Assembly (NCBI RefSeq): GCF_041886205.1
Contig: NZ_CP169029.1
DNA length: 64,000 nt
Reading direction: 5' to 3' (one strand)
DNA from: Escherichia coli
GTDB lineage: Bacteria; Pseudomonadota; Gammaproteobacteria; Enterobacterales; Enterobacteriaceae
The notes below the pieces were generated by a model. That model saw only the letters and a program-made list of their open reading frames with translations. It was not told the origin of the DNA and ran no database searches. The stretch's first letter is position 1. Each line of letters starts with the position of its first letter. Below, in pieces: positions 1 through 14,028 of the stretch. Made by a program: the position numbers and the translations under genes.

Positions 1-2215
1 CGTTGTGGATACCGCGTTTTTGGGCATCAAGCGGGTTGATCCACATTTCCTGACGGCAAGCCGCTTTCAGCACATCAACGTTGCCGTAAGTTGAGTGAAC
101 GCGAGATTTATAGTGGAAACCTGTAAGCTGCAGCGGATACTGTTTGTTCAGCGGATCCTGATAACTTTCAAAGCCCGGCGTGTAGATCGGCAGTGGATCG
201 ATCACATCGCCTTCTGGCAATTCCCAGGTAGCGGCAATGTCAGCCAGCGCCTGCGAATAAATCTCAATTTTGCCCGATGGCGTAGTCAGTGGGTTTGCCT
301 GCGGATCTTCACGGAAGGCTTTATAAGCAACGTGATGCCCTTGTGGGTCGCGCTTTTTAAAGATCCCCTGCTTGCGGAACTCTTCAAACGTTGGCAGTTC
401 AGGAATCGCTTCCCGCGACTGGGCATACAGATGCCGCATCCACTCTTCCTGGGTACGGCCTTCAGTAAACTGTTGCTCAACGCCAAGACGTTTTGCCAGT
501 TCGCTGGTCATTTCATAGATGGTCTTACATTCAAAGCGCGGTTTAATCACCTGATCGTTGAAAATCACGTAAGACATATTCCCGCAGGATGCATCCAGTG
601 CAAAGTCCATCTGTTCGGAAGCGGTGCAGTCAGGCAGCAGGATGTCAGCATATTTCGCCGATGAGGTCATGTGGCAGTCGATAACCACAATCAGCTCGCA
701 CTTCTTATCATCCTGAAGGATTTCATGGGTACGGTTGATTTCAGAATGCTGGTTAATCAGGCAGTTACCGGCATAGTTCCAGATCATTTTGATCGGCACA
801 TCCAGCTTATCTTTCCCGCGCACACCATCACGTAGCGCCGTCATTTCCGGGCCACGTTCAATGGCATCGGTCCACATAAACATAGAAATGCTGGTCTGGA
901 TCGGGTTTTCGAGGGTCGGCATACGGACAAACGGCAGGCTATAGGAACCTTCACGCGCGCCGGTGTTACCGCCGTTAATGCCGACGTTACCGGTCAGAAT
1001 CGCCAGCATCGAGATAGCGCGAGTCGCGATTTCGCCGTTGGCGTGACGCTGCGGGCCCCATCCCTGGCTGATAAACGCCGGTTTGGTACTGCCGATTTCC
1101 CGTGCCAGTTGAATGATTTTCTCTGCCGGGATACCGGTGATTTGCGAGGCCCATTGCGGCGTTTTAGCAACGCCATCTGGCCCGTCACCCAGAATATAGG
1201 CTTTATAGTGACCGTTTTTCGGCGCGCTAGCGGGCAGGGTTTTCTCATCGTAGCCAACGCAATATTTATCGAGGAATGCCTGATCCACCAGGTTTTCAGT
1301 GATCATGACGTACGCCAGACCGTTAACCAGTGCGGCATCTGTTCCTGGACGAATAGGGATCCACTCATCTTCGCGCCCGGCACCGGTGTCGGTATAGCGC
1401 GGATCGATGATGATCATGCGAGCATTAGATTTCTGACGCGCCTGTTCAAGATAGTAAGTCACCCCACCGCCACTCATTCGCGTTTCGCCAGGGTTATTAC
1501 CAAACAGCACTACCAGCTTACTGTTTTCGATATCCGACGGGCTGTTGCCATCTGCCCAGCCGCCGTAGGTATAGTTCAGACCTTCCGCAATTTGCGCGGA
1601 AGAGTAGTCACCGTAATGGTTCAGATAGCCGCCGCAGCAGTTCATCAGCCGCGCGACCAGGGTATTTCCCGGCGGCCAGGAGCGGGTCATGGTGCCACCC
1701 AGCGTACCGGTGCCATAGTTCAGATAGATGGATTCGTTGCCGTACTCTTTGATCAGGCGCTGCATATTGGTCGCGATGATGTCGTAGGCTTCTTCCCAGC
1801 TAATGCGCTCGAATTTGCCTTCACCGCGCGCCCCGACTCGTTTCATCGGATATTTCAGGCGGTCCGGATTGTAGACACGGCGACGCATGGAACGCCCACG
1901 CAGGCAGGCGCGAACCTGGTGCAGGCCGTCGTAATTGTCATCGCCGGTATTGTCCGTTTCGACATATTTGATTTCACCGTCCACGACGTGCATACGTAGC
2001 GGGCAGCGACTACCACAGTTAACTGTACAGGCGCTCCAGATAACCTTTTCGTCTGATTTTGTTGGAATGGCGCTATCGACAGCGTGCGCAATCCGACTAA
2101 AAGGTAATGTTAATGCGCTGCTGGCCATTGCCAGGCCGCCGATCGCTGTCGTTTTTACCAAACCACGGCGACTCACCTCAGCAGCCAATACCGCATCAGG
2201 GATTTTCGTTTTCAT
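1..2215 (-). CDS. dmsA: Anaerobic DMSO reductase catalytic subunit DmsA, 5' portion; C-terminus lies beyond the window start
   Basis: Reverse-complement translation from the ATG at 2215-2213 gives MKTKIPDAVLAAEVSRRGLVKTTAIGGLAMASSALTLPF, a twin-arginine (SRR) signal typical of DmsA. The ORF runs off the window edge, so it is absent from the ORF track; plus-strand track ORFs here are antisense artefacts. Confidence 0.85.
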   Translation of the reverse strand, partial: MKTKIPDAVLAAEVSRRGLVKTTAIGGLAMASSALTLPFSRIAHAVDSAIPTKSDEKVIWSACTVNCGSRCPLRMHVVDGEIKYVETDNTGDDNYDGLHQVRACLRGRSMRRRVYNPDRLKYPMKRVGARGEGKFERISWEEAYDIIATNMQRLIKEYGNESIYLNYGTGTLGGTMTRSWPPGNTLVARLMNCCGGYLNHYGDYSSAQIAEGLNYTYGGWADGNSPSDIENSKLVVLFGNNPGETRMSGGGVTYYLEQARQKSNARMIIIDPRYTDTGAGREDEWIPIRPGTDAALVNGLAYVMITENLVDQAFLDKYCVGYDEKTLPASAPKNGHYKAYILGDGPDGVAKTPQWASQITGIPAEKIIQLAREIGSTKPAFISQGWGPQRHANGEIATRAISMLAILTGNVGINGGNTGAREGSYSLPFVRMPTLENPIQTSISMFMWTDAIERGPEMTALRDGVRGKDKLDVPIKMIWNYAGNCLINQHSEINRTHEILQDDKKCELIVVIDCHMTSSAKYADILLPDCTASEQMDFALDASCGNMSYVIFNDQVIKPRFECKTIYEMTSELAKRLGVEQQFTEGRTQEEWMRHLYAQSREAIPELPTFEEFRKQGIFKKRDPQGHHVAYKAFREDPQANPLTTPSGKIEIYSQALADIAATWELPEGDVIDPLPIYTPGFESYQDPLNKQYPLQLTGFHYKSRVHSTYGNVDVLKAACRQEMWINPLDAQKRGIHN

Positions 2216-2385
2216 AATGGCTCACTCAAGCTTGCTCACGATTGATTCCAGTAACAAACCGTATTGTGTAATTATTTCTATAGCAGCTCGCTATATAGGT
2301 TTGTATACATCGAATAATTTGAAAATCAAAGAGATAGGTAGATTTTCACTCGAAAGTAGTATTACGTGTAAGTGAGGAGTAATTA

Positions 2386-2399
2386 TTGTTCGGTATCAA
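2386..2399 (-). promoter_or_regulatory. Candidate FNR binding site in the dmsA promoter region
   Basis: TTGTTcggtATCAA matches the FNR consensus TTGAT-N4-ATCAA in 9 of 10 half-site positions and lies upstream of dmsA, a known FNR-activated operon. Confidence 0.45.
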
Positions 2400-2407
2400 A
2401 GGGAGAC

Positions 2408-2434
2408 AAAAAAAGCGCCCGCAGGCGCTTTTTA
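2408..2434 (-). terminator. Intrinsic terminator downstream of serS (palindromic, possibly bidirectional)
   Basis: aaagcgcc-cgca-ggcgcttt hairpin flanked by A-run and T-run, immediately 3' of the serS stop. Confidence 0.5.
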
Positions 2435-2453
2435 GATTCAGAAAAATTGGGTA

Positions 2454-3767
<1,314 letters not shown>

Positions 3768-3836
3768 TTAAATGGGAGATGTGGCCACAGCCTGCGACCA
3801 CAGGGATACAGTAACAACATTACCGCAACGATAACA

Positions 3837-5180
3837 TTAACGGTAGCGTTTTATGGGGCTATTTTGATCCTGTTCAGCCAGCCAGGCGAGCTTTTCGCCA
3901 ATCTTGCCTTCAAGGCCCCTGTTTGTCGGGAAATAATAGCGTGTTTGTGCTATTTCCGGCGGGAAGTAAACCTCACCGGCAGCATAAGCGTTTGCTTCAT
4001 CATGAGCGTAACGATATTCCTGCCCATAGCCCATTTCCTTCATTAATTTCGTCGGCGCATTACGCAAATGAACCGGTACGTCATAATCCGGGCGTTCGCG
4101 AGCATCGGCCAGCGCGGCTTTAAACGCAGTGTAGACAGCATTGCTTTTTGGCGCGCAGGCCAGGTAAACAATCGCCTGAGCAATGGCGCGTTCACCTTCC
4201 GCCGGGCCAACGCGAGTAAAGCAATCCCAGGCCGCAATTGCCACCTGCATCGCTCGTGGATCAGCGTTACCCACATCTTCAGACGCTATCGCCAAACAGC
4301 GACGCGCGACATATAACGGATCGCCACCAGCGGTAATAATTCGCGCATACCAGTACAGCGCCGCATCGGGTGCGCTACCACGTACCGACTTATGCAGTGC
4401 GGAAATGAGATCGTAAAAGCGATCGCCTTTGTTATCAAAGCGGGCGCTACGTTCACCGGCGATTTCGGTCAGTAATTCAGGCTTCAGGACCCGCTTACCG
4501 CGATCATCGACTTCGGCCATATCCGCCATCATTTCCAGCGTATTTAACGCCCGCCGCGCGTCGCCATTCACCAGTTCTGCAATGGCACGTCGTGTTTCAT
4601 CTGGCAGAACAATATCCTGACCACCATAGCCACGGGTTTTGTCTTCCATCGCCTGAGTTAGTACTTGCTCAATATCCTCTGTACTCAGGGATTTCAACAG
4701 ATAAACACGGGCACGGGAAAGCAGTGCCGAATTAAGCTCAAACGACGGGTTTTCAGTGGTTGCGCCAATAAAAGTGATGGTGCCGTCTTCAATATGTGGC
4801 AGAAATGCATCCTGCTGGCTTTTGTTGAATCGGTGCACTTCGTCAACAAAAAGAATAGTGCGGCGACCTGCATTGCGGTTTTGCCGGGCGCGCTCGATCG
4901 CCTCGCGAATCTCTTTCACGCCAGAGGTGACGGCAGAAATACGTTCCACATCAGCGTTCGCATAGCGGGCAATCACTTCAGCGAGGGTTGTTTTGCCGGT
5001 ACCCGGCGGCCCCCAGAGGATCATAGAATGTAAATGCCCGGCTTCGATAGCGCGCGGCAACGGCTTCCCCGCAGCCAGCAAATGTTGCTGGCCGATATAC
5101 TGTGCTAAATTTTCTGGCCGCATACGCGCGGCCAGAGGTTGAAAAGTATTATCCGAAAAATCGAGCGACAGATTGCTCAC
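3837..5180 (-). CDS. rarA: Replication-associated recombination protein A (AAA+ ATPase)
   Basis: 447-aa ORF with Walker [10 protein letters not shown]; RarA/MgsA-like sequence; conserved position between serS and lolA. Confidence 0.95.
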   Translation of the reverse strand: MSNLSLDFSDNTFQPLAARMRPENLAQYIGQQHLLAAGKPLPRAIEAGHLHSMILWGPPGTGKTTLAEVIARYANADVERISAVTSGVKEIREAIERARQNRNAGRRTILFVDEVHRFNKSQQDAFLPHIEDGTITFIGATTENPSFELNSALLSRARVYLLKSLSTEDIEQVLTQAMEDKTRGYGGQDIVLPDETRRAIAELVNGDARRALNTLEMMADMAEVDDRGKRVLKPELLTEIAGERSARFDNKGDRFYDLISALHKSVRGSAPDAALYWYARIITAGGDPLYVARRCLAIASEDVGNADPRAMQVAIAAWDCFTRVGPAEGERAIAQAIVYLACAPKSNAVYTAFKAALADARERPDYDVPVHLRNAPTKLMKEMGYGQEYRYAHDEANAYAAGEVYFPPEIAQTRYYFPTNRGLEGKIGEKLAWLAEQDQNSPIKRYR

Positions 5181-5190
5181 TCAGGTGCCT

Positions 5191-5802
5191 CTACTTACGT
5201 TGATCATCTACCGTGACGCCTTGCGGCGGGGTGAAGGTAAATTTCGCTGCATCCACAGCCCCATTTTGCTGGGATTTCAGTTGATAACTGCTGCGCTGAT
5301 CGTCCTGCTCCACCGCGCTAAACTGATGGATTGTGCCATCACGTCCCACGTTAATGGTGAACTGCTTCAGATTGCCATTGCTGGCTTTCGGCGTCAGGAC
5401 AAAGTCATCGCCATTCTGTTTGATATTGTACTGCTGCCAGTCGCTGGACTGGTTGCGGGCAATCAGCATAAACGGCGTATTACCGGTGGCATCTTTCAGC
5501 CAGGTTGCCGTAGCTTGCTCAACGAACGGGTTATAGAACCACAGTGTTTTACCGTCAGAAACCAGAATGCTTTCATCAGGTTGTGTCATATGCCAGTTGA
5601 ATAAGTTTGGACGTTTCACCCACAGATCGCCCTGACCTTCCTGCACCGCCGCGCCGCTACCGTCAGTCACTTTTTGTGTGAAGCTGGCGTGGAAGCTGCT
5701 GACTTTATCCAGGCGGCTTTTCAGATCGCTTGCGGCATCAGCCCAAACGCTGCTTGCTACTAAGCTTGAGAGTAATGCACAGGTGATGGCAATTTTTTTC
5801 AT
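5191..5802 (-). CDS. lolA: Outer-membrane lipoprotein carrier protein LolA
   Basis: ORF track 5191..5805; start trimmed to the second Met to give the 203-aa LolA beginning [21 protein letters not shown] (signal peptide). Confidence 0.93.
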
Positions 5803-5913
5803 CATTATTCCTCAAATTACGTCACTCCCGATCGGGAGTTCCCTCTACTCTCTATTCCAGGCTAATAATCAGCTTGAGGAAAGAAGAAAATACTGAATTT
5901 TCAGTTGATAGAG

Positions 5914-5948
5914 TGCCGGATGCGACGCTACCGCGCCTTATCCGGCAA
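5914..5948. repeat. REP (repetitive extragenic palindrome) element
   Basis: gtgccggatgcgacgctaccgcgccttatccggca matches the GCCGGATG...CTTATCCGGC REP core; intergenic between lolA and ftsK. Confidence 0.5.
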
Positions 5949-5956
5949 TGCATTAA

Positions 5957-8900
5957 TTAGTCAAACGGCGGTGGGGCCAGCACTTCACGATTACCGTTGT
6001 GCCCCTGTTCGCTGACAATCCCCTGCGCTTCCATCTGTTCGATAATACGCGCTGCACGGTTATAACCAATGCGGAACTGACGCTGTACGCCTGAAATTGA
6101 CGCTTTGCGTTTTTCAGTGACAAACTGCACCGCCTGATCGAACAACGGATCCAGTTCTTCAGCGCCATCGAAACCGCCCGCGCCACCTTCGCTTTCGCTG
6201 TCGGAGGTGATGCCATCAATATACTGTGGGCGACCACGCGCTTTCCAGTCCTGCACTACGGCATGAACTTCCTGATCGCGAACAAAAGCACCATGGACAC
6301 GTACCGGTAACGTGGAGTTCGGCCCAGAGTAGAGCATATCCCCCATACCCAGCAGTGATTCCGCACCAGCCTGATCAAGAATGGTACGTGAGTCAATCTT
6401 ACTGGATACGGTAAAGGCGATACGGGTCGGAATATTCGCTTTAATCAGACCAGTAATAACATCAACCGATGGACGCTGAGTTGCCAGTACGAGGTGGATA
6501 CCCGCGGCACGGGCTTTTTGCGCCAGACGTGCTATCAGCTCTTCCACTTTTTTACCTACCGTCATCATCAGGTCGGCAAATTCGTCCACCAACACCACAA
6601 TGTATGGTTCTTTTTTCAGCACCGGATGCTGGGCGTCCATACTGTCACCCGGCTTCCAGTACGGGTCTGGAATCGGACGCATCATGCGATCGGCTTCAGC
6701 AATTTTTTCGTTATAACCCGCCAGATTACGCACACCCAGCGCAGACATCAGTTTATACCGACGCTCCATCTCGTTAACACACCAGCGCAGCGCGTTGGCG
6801 GCATCTTTCATATCAGTAACGACTTCCGTTAACAGGTGCGGAATGCCTTCATACACCGAAAGCTCCAGCATTTTCGGGTCGATCATGATGAAACGCACAT
6901 CTTCTGGCTGTGCTTTATAAAGCATGCTCAGGATCATCGCGTTCACACCGACAGATTTACCGGAACCGGTAGTCCCCGCAACCAACAAGTGCGGCATTTT
7001 CGCCAGATCGGCAACCACCGGCTCACCGGCGATATCTTTACCCAGCACCACGGTTAATGGCGACGGATTATCGCGGAATTTGGCGTTATCCAAAACTTCG
7101 CGCAGATAAACGGTTTGTCGTTTTTTATTTGGTAACTCCAGACCTACATAGGGTTTGCCAGGAATAACTTCAACGACACGCACCGCCACCGTCGAAAGTG
7201 AACGGGCAAGGTCCCGTGACAAGTTAGAAATGCGCGCCGCTTTTACGCCAGGAGCCAGGTTAAGTTCAAAGCGAGTGATAACCGGCCCCGGAGAGTAATT
7301 GACGACATCGGCTTTAATACGGAAATCAGCCAGACGCGCTTCCACCAGACGAGCCATTTGTTCAAGCGCAAAGGTATCTACCGGCTCCACTTCGCTCGGC
7401 GGCGGTGTCAGCAAATCCAGAGAAGGCAGCGGCGTCGTCGGTTTATGCAACGGACGGCTGTCGCCATTACGCATCAACAGCGGATGAAGCAGGGTATCCT
7501 GCTGCTGCGGTGCAACCGGTTGTTGCGGCTGCTGATACTGCTGCTGCGGCGCAACTGGTTGTTGCGGCTGCTGATATTGCGGCTGTGGCGCAACCGGTTG
7601 TTGCGGCTGCTGATATTGTGGCTGCGGCGCAACCTGCTGTTGTGGCTGCTGATACTGCGGCTGCTGATATTGCTGCTGTGGCGCAACCGGCTGTTGTGGC
7701 TGCTGATACTGCTGCTGCGGTGCAACCGGTTGTTGCGGCTGCTGTACAGGTTCAACAATTGGCGTAAACAACGGTTCGTGTGGACCATCATCCAGCAACG
7801 CTTTCATTGGCGAAAATTCAAAATCATCCAGCGAGAACGGATTCGCCCCAGCCGGTTGTTCGCCGGAATAACGTTGTTGTTGAGTTTGCGCAAACTGACG
7901 AGCCAGTTCAGCCTCTGCCGCAGCATCTGCATCTTCTGCGTTTACGGGCACATCATGTTGATACTGTTCGCCATAGCGTTGCTGCTGTGTCTGGGCGAAC
8001 TGACGTGCCAGTTCATCCTGCTGCATCGCATCGATTTCATCATCGTTGTACTGATCGCCAGAATCGTACTGATTGCGCTGGGCTTCACGGGCTTTTTCTT
8101 CCGCCGCACGCTGTGAGGGCAGCTTAATACCGTAAGACGCCAGTTCACGACGAGTTGGCACGCGGATACGTTTCGGTCGTGGCAACTGCGGGCCAATCCC
8201 CTCTTTGACCTGCGGACGCGGTCCACCGCTATTTGCCAGACTGAAGACTGGCGCGGCAACGGTTGCGGCAGCCCCCGTCGCCAGTGTCGCTTTTTTCACG
8301 CCAGATGCCAGCGGAGAAACAGCGGCAGCGGTTTCTACTGGAGGTACTGCTGCAACAGAAGGTGCTTTCAGCGAAGATTTGATCGGTTCTGGTTCTTTAA
8401 CCGGTTCTGGAATCGGTTGATACCAGGCCGCAAGTTGTTCACGTTCACGGGCACGCTTCTCTTCCACTTCTTCAAAGTAGTAAAGCGGAGGACGCGCGGG
8501 TTTTGTCTCTTCTACAACGGGTTCAGGTTCCACAACAGGCTGCTGTTCAACAGGTTGCGGCTGTTGGTACAACGGTTCCTGAGCGGCTGGCTGCTGATAA
8601 GTTTGCTCAGTCTGGTATGTAGACTGTGGAGCAAAAGTGGATTGCTGCTCTTCGGCTTGCCAGGCGTTACCTGCCACCGGTTGTTCTGGCGCGGGGGCGT
8701 AATACGGTTGCTGAACAGGTTGTTCCGCCGCAGGAGCGTAGTAAGGTTGTTGCACAGGTTGTTCAGCTGCAGGCGCATAATACGGCTGCTGTGGCTGTAC
8801 AGGTTGTTGCAGCGGCTCATTATATTGCACTGCAGGCTGCGCATATTGTGGCTGCTGTGGGTAACCTTCCGGTGCAGGAGCAATAACCGGCTCTCCCGTT

Positions 8901-10000
8901 TGTGGACCCGGTACAGGCTGCCAGGCTACTGTAGGTTGCGAAGGTGGAACATCAACAGAGGCAACAGGCGGCGTATGAGTCACAGGTTCAACCGGCGCAG
9001 CCCAGCCTTGTGTCGCCGTGGTAGCAGCAGCTGCTACAGCGACAGGTTCGGTAATTGGCGCACCGTTTAATAATGGATCGTATTCGTCATATTCTGGCTG
9101 CGTTGCACGATTGCCCGAAAATAGGACGTCGTCCGGGTCGGCAGCCACACCGCGTGCAGTGTAGGTAATCTCTTCGTCATCATCCATCCGCTTACCGGAG
9201 AACAACGCAGCGTCTGTTTGCCGCCCCATCGGATTAATGAATTTTTCCGCCAACCGTTTACGACGCGCTAGCGCGCCGCGAAGAATACGGGCACGGCGTG
9301 ATTCATGCTGTTTGCCGTGGTTTTCATCTTCATACTCTTCGTCATCTTCATATTCATCTTCATCGACCCAGGTATCATCGCGACGGGTACGATTACTGGC
9401 GAAGGTGAGAATGTTTAAAATCCAGCCGCCGAGTTTTTCAGCAATGGTCACCCATGACCAACCGGTGAACAGCGTCAGGCCCGCAGCCCAAACGCAGAGC
9501 AGCGCAATAGTTCCCCCGCTACTGTGTAGCAGTGGTTGTAGCGTAGTACTTAGTAAGCTGCCAATGACGCCACCGGAGGCAAAATACCAGATATCGTCAG
9601 CGTTGATTGCCGCCAGACCACAGGAGGTAAGGATGAGCGCCAAAACGCCAATGATGCGTAGCGAAACGGCAAAATAATCAATGTATTCGTCGCTGGACTG
9701 ATGACGCCAGGCAAACCAACAACCGCCGACAATAATGACGGGAATGGTGTAAGCCATCACGCCAAAAATAAAGAACAGCGTATCTGCCAACCACGCACCG
9801 GGCATCCCACCTAAATTATGGATAGGTTCATGCCAGGCCGTTTGCGACCAGCTGGGGTCCGAAGGGTTAAAGCTTAGTAAGGCAGCCATCAACCAGACGG
9901 CAAACAGGACAATAAGGATCAGCAACGCCTCCAGAAGGCGGCGGCCGCTACTTAACTTTGTCAATGTGACTTCTTTGTCTTCAGTGTATTCCTGGCTCAA
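5957..10000 (-). CDS. ftsK: DNA translocase FtsK (membrane domain, Pro/Gln-rich linker, RecA-like motor, gamma domain)
   Basis: 1347-aa ORF; N-terminus [27 protein letters not shown]; Walker A GTTGSGKS; long PQ-rich linker encoded by tandem 39-bp repeats. Confidence 0.95.
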   Translation of the reverse strand: MSQEYTEDKEVTLTKLSSGRRLLEALLILIVLFAVWLMAALLSFNPSDPSWSQTAWHEPIHNLGGMPGAWLADTLFFIFGVMAYTIPVIIVGGCWFAWRHQSSDEYIDYFAVSLRIIGVLALILTSCGLAAINADDIWYFASGGVIGSLLSTTLQPLLHSSGGTIALLCVWAAGLTLFTGWSWVTIAEKLGGWILNILTFASNRTRRDDTWVDEDEYEDDEEYEDENHGKQHESRRARILRGALARRKRLAEKFINPMGRQTDAALFSGKRMDDDEEITYTARGVAADPDDVLFSGNRATQPEYDEYDPLLNGAPITEPVAVAAAATTATQGWAAPVEPVTHTPPVASVDVPPSQPTVAWQPVPGPQTGEPVIAPAPEGYPQQPQYAQPAVQYNEPLQQPVQPQQPYYAPAAEQPVQQPYYAPAAEQPVQQPYYAPAPEQPVAGNAWQAEEQQSTFAPQSTYQTEQTYQQPAAQEPLYQQPQPVEQQPVVEPEPVVEETKPARPPLYYFEEVEEKRAREREQLAAWYQPIPEPVKEPEPIKSSLKAPSVAAVPPVETAAAVSPLASGVKKATLATGAAATVAAPVFSLANSGGPRPQVKEGIGPQLPRPKRIRVPTRRELASYGIKLPSQRAAEEKAREAQRNQYDSGDQYNDDEIDAMQQDELARQFAQTQQQRYGEQYQHDVPVNAEDADAAAEAELARQFAQTQQQRYSGEQPAGANPFSLDDFEFSPMKALLDDGPHEPLFTPIVEPVQQPQQPVAPQQQYQQPQQPVAPQQQYQQPQYQQPQQQVAPQPQYQQPQQPVAPQPQYQQPQQPVAPQQQYQQPQQPVAPQQQDTLLHPLLMRNGDSRPLHKPTTPLPSLDLLTPPPSEVEPVDTFALEQMARLVEARLADFRIKADVVNYSPGPVITRFELNLAPGVKAARISNLSRDLARSLSTVAVRVVEVIPGKPYVGLELPNKKRQTVYLREVLDNAKFRDNPSPLTVVLGKDIAGEPVVADLAKMPHLLVAGTTGSGKSVGVNAMILSMLYKAQPEDVRFIMIDPKMLELSVYEGIPHLLTEVVTDMKDAANALRWCVNEMERRYKLMSALGVRNLAGYNEKIAEADRMMRPIPDPYWKPGDSMDAQHPVLKKEPYIVVLVDEFADLMMTVGKKVEELIARLAQKARAAGIHLVLATQRPSVDVITGLIKANIPTRIAFTVSSKIDSRTILDQAGAESLLGMGDMLYSGPNSTLPVRVHGAFVRDQEVHAVVQDWKARGRPQYIDGITSDSESEGGAGGFDGAEELDPLFDQAVQFVTEKRKASISGVQRQFRIGYNRAARIIEQMEAQGIVSEQGHNGNREVLAPPPFD

Positions 10001-10078
10001 GAAAGGCTCTCCAGGTTACAGGCTTTTCCTGCCCGATGCTAAAACGGACAACAGTACCAGGTTACCCCAGTACTGTTG

Positions 10079-10094
10079 CTGTATGGATTAACAG
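10079..10094. promoter_or_regulatory. Candidate LexA (SOS) box in the ftsK promoter region
   Basis: CTGTatggattaACAG fits the CTGT-N8-ACAG LexA consensus; ftsK has a known SOS-inducible promoter (dinH). Confidence 0.5.
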
Positions 10095-10134
10095 GAGTGT
10101 AATCAAAATACGCCGATTTTGCACCTGTTCCGTG

Positions 10135-10629
10135 TTAGCGCGTCTTTATAACCAGACGATTACTCTGCTTGACTTCTTCCATAACAACGTATGTCCGTGT
10201 GTCATTGACGCCAGGCAGACGCAGCAGGGTTTCCCCCAGCAACTTACGGTAAGCTGACATATCCGGCACGCGTGTTTTCAACAGGTAGTCGAAATCACCA
10301 GATACTAAATGACACTCCTGAATTTCTTCAAGTTTTTGTACAGCGGTATTGAATTGTTCAAACACATCCGGTGCGCCACGATTCAGAGTAATCTCAACGA
10401 ATACCAGAAGTGATGCATCCAGATAATGGGGGTTCAGCAGCGCAGTATAGCCCTGAATAAACCCTTGTCTTTCCAGCCGACGCACACGCTCAAGGCACGG
10501 CGTTGGGGAAAGTCCCACACGTTTAGAAAGCTCGACGTTAGAAATACGCCCATCCTTTTGCAACTCATTAAGAATGTTACGATCGATACGGTCGAGATCT
10601 TTGCCAGGGCGCTTCTTGCTATCTACCAT
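10135..10629 (-). CDS. lrp: Leucine-responsive regulatory protein
   Basis: ORF track 10135..10683; start trimmed to MVDSKKRPGKDLDRIDRNIL to give the 164-aa Lrp (AsnC family HTH). Confidence 0.95.
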   Translation of the reverse strand: MVDSKKRPGKDLDRIDRNILNELQKDGRISNVELSKRVGLSPTPCLERVRRLERQGFIQGYTALLNPHYLDASLLVFVEITLNRGAPDVFEQFNTAVQKLEEIQECHLVSGDFDYLLKTRVPDMSAYRKLLGETLLRLPGVNDTRTYVVMEEVKQSNRLVIKTR

Positions 10630-11056
10630 TATTATTGTCTCTCTGTATTCCTTCCCTACTCCTGTCTGACCCTGAAACATCACTGTTCAGAGTCGCTACC
10701 CGTCACGATAGACCGAAATCATGAAGATTCACGGCGCGCAATGCCTGGGTCTACGGTGAGAAGACCGTTGCCTTGTGGCAGCTATCGACATCACGAATGG
10801 CGTCTGTCCACACCATACGTAGATTTCACTAGCACGGTAAACATGGTATTTACATGCATGGTTATGCGCATATAAGAATACTGTTTTTTTTCTTCCTCGA
10901 ATGTTTTCGCAAAACACCAGGGGATTGTCAAAGCAAAACATCGATTTTTAGTACAACATGCCAGATATTCATTAACAGGGGCGTTTATTCATCATTTAAT
11001 CGGCTTATAAAGCGTGAAATTTAAGTAGCAGAGGTGATAATGACGGGAGAATTTGA

Positions 11057-12139
<1,083 letters not shown>

Positions 12140-12166
12140 TTTTACAAATCAGTAACAAAAGTAAAG

Positions 12167-12206
12167 AAGGCGACACCATGCGACTATGGGTCGCCTTTAT
12201 TTTTTC
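12167..12206 (+). terminator. Intrinsic terminator after trxB
   Basis: aaggcgac...gtcgcctt stem followed by tattttttcc. Confidence 0.45.
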
Positions 12207-12261
12207 CCCGTTGTAACATTGCTCTGCAAATAATTCTGATAACTCACCTGCTAAGCGTGCA

Positions 12262-14028
12262 ATGAATAAATCCCGTCAAAAAGAGTTAACCCGCTGGTTA
12301 AAACAGCAAAGCGTCATCTCCCAACGTTGGCTGAATATTTCTCGTCTGCTGGGCTTTGTGAGCGGCATATTGATCATTGCCCAGGCCTGGTTCATGGCGC
12401 GAATTCTGCAACATATGATTATGGAGAATATTCCCCGTGAAGCCCTGCTGCTTCCCTTTACGTTACTGGTTCTGACCTTTGTACTGCGCGCATGGGTGGT
12501 CTGGTTACGCGAACGGGTGGGTTATCACGCCGGGCAGCATATCCGCTTTGCCATCCGCCGTCAGGTTCTCGACCGTCTGCAACAGGCAGGGCCAGCGTGG
12601 ATTCAGGGTAAACCTGCGGGGAGCTGGGCGACGTTGGTACTCGAGCAAATTGACGATATGCATGATTACTATGCACGCTACCTGCCGCAAATGGCGCTGG
12701 CAGTGTCGGTGCCGTTGCTGATTGTGGTGGCGATCTTCCCCTCTAACTGGGCTGCGGCGCTCATTCTGCTGGGTACAGCACCGTTAATTCCGTTGTTTAT
12801 GGCGCTGGTTGGAATGGGGGCTGCCGATGCTAACCGACGTAACTTTCTCGCTCTTGCTCGCTTAAGTGGGCATTTCCTCGATCGCCTGCGCGGCATGGAA
12901 ACACTGCGTATTTTTGGTCGTGGTGAAGCTGAAATTGAAAGTATTCGTTCTGCTTCGGAAGATTTCCGCCAACGGACAATGGAAGTGCTACGGCTGGCGT
13001 TTTTATCCTCCGGCATTCTCGAATTTTTTACCTCGCTGTCAATTGCTCTGGTGGCGGTCTACTTTGGTTTTTCCTATCTCGGCGAGCTGGATTTTGGTCA
13101 CTACGATACTGGCGTGACGCTGGCTGCGGGTTTTCTGGCCCTGATCCTTGCGCCAGAGTTTTTCCAGCCATTACGCGATCTCGGTACGTTTTATCATGCT
13201 AAAGCCCAGGCTGTTGGCGCAGCTGACAGTCTGAAAACGTTTATGGAAACCCCGCTCGCCCATCCGCAGCGCGGTGAGGCGGAATTAGCATTGACCGATC
13301 CGCTGACCATTGAGGCCGAGGATCTGTTTATCACGTCGCCGGAAGGTAAAACGCTGGCCGGACCGCTGAACTTTACTTTGCCAGCAGGCCAACGTGCAGT
13401 GTTGGTTGGTCGCAGCGGTTCAGGTAAAAGCTCACTGCTGAACGCGCTTTCTGGTTTTCTCTCATATCAGGGATCATTACGAATCAACGGGATAGAATTA
13501 CGCGATTTATCACCAGAATCATGGCGTAAACATCTCTCATGGGTTGGGCAAAATCCACAATTACCGGCAGCAACATTACGGGATAACGTACTACTGGCGC
13601 GACCTGATGCCAGCGAACAAGAATTACAAGCAGCGCTGGATAACGCCTGGGTCAGCGAGTTTCTACCGCTCCTGCCACAAGGCGTTGATACGCCTGTTGG
13701 CGACCAGGCTGCCCGCCTTTCCGTGGGGCAGGCGCAGCGCGTGGCGGTGGCCCGTGCGTTACTAAATCCCTGTTCGCTATTACTGTTGGATGAACCCGCT
13801 GCCAGCCTTGATGCTCACAGTGAACAGCGCGTAATGGAGGCGCTGAATGCCGCCTCTCTGCGCCAGACAACGTTAATGGTCACCCACCAGTTAGAAGATC
13901 TTGCTGACTGGGATGTCATTTGGGTTATGCAGGATGGCCGGATTATTGAGCAAGGACCTTACGCGGAATTAAGTGTGGCTGGTGGCCCATTCGCCACATT
14001 ACTGGCCCATCGTCAGGAGGAGATTTAA
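12262..14028 (+). CDS. cydD: ABC transporter (cysteine/glutathione export, cytochrome bd assembly) subunit CydD
   Basis: 588-aa ORF; TM domain plus ABC ATPase (GRSGSGKSS, LSVGQAQR); abuts cydC. Confidence 0.96.
   Translation: MNKSRQKELTRWLKQQSVISQRWLNISRLLGFVSGILIIAQAWFMARILQHMIMENIPREALLLPFTLLVLTFVLRAWVVWLRERVGYHAGQHIRFAIRRQVLDRLQQAGPAWIQGKPAGSWATLVLEQIDDMHDYYARYLPQMALAVSVPLLIVVAIFPSNWAAALILLGTAPLIPLFMALVGMGAADANRRNFLALARLSGHFLDRLRGMETLRIFGRGEAEIESIRSASEDFRQRTMEVLRLAFLSSGILEFFTSLSIALVAVYFGFSYLGELDFGHYDTGVTLAAGFLALILAPEFFQPLRDLGTFYHAKAQAVGAADSLKTFMETPLAHPQRGEAELALTDPLTIEAEDLFITSPEGKTLAGPLNFTLPAGQRAVLVGRSGSGKSSLLNALSGFLSYQGSLRINGIELRDLSPESWRKHLSWVGQNPQLPAATLRDNVLLARPDASEQELQAALDNAWVSEFLPLLPQGVDTPVGDQAARLSVGQAQRVAVARALLNPCSLLLLDEPAASLDAHSEQRVMEALNAASLRQTTLMVTHQLEDLADWDVIWVMQDGRIIEQGPYAELSVAGGPFATLLAHRQEEI

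Noticed and set aside
95-1999. Plus-strand ORFs 95..664 and 1043..1999
   Set aside because: Antisense to dmsA, whose minus-strand frame gives a recognisable Tat-signal molybdoenzyme; no RBS or family resemblance.
7358-9070. Long plus-strand ORFs (7358..8116, 7405..7767, 8417..9070 and others) with R/L- or A/V-rich low-complexity products
   Set aside because: Antisense to ftsK within its PQ-repeat linker; their open frames are a by-product of the CAG/CTG-rich tandem repeats.
10135-10683. N-terminally extended versions of lrp, trxB, clpA, macA, potF, potI, artP, artJ, ybjN, rcdA and others as listed in the ORF track
   Set aside because: The track reports the longest ORF from any upstream in-frame start (including GTG and TTG); the internal starts give the known protein N-termini and are used in the feature list.
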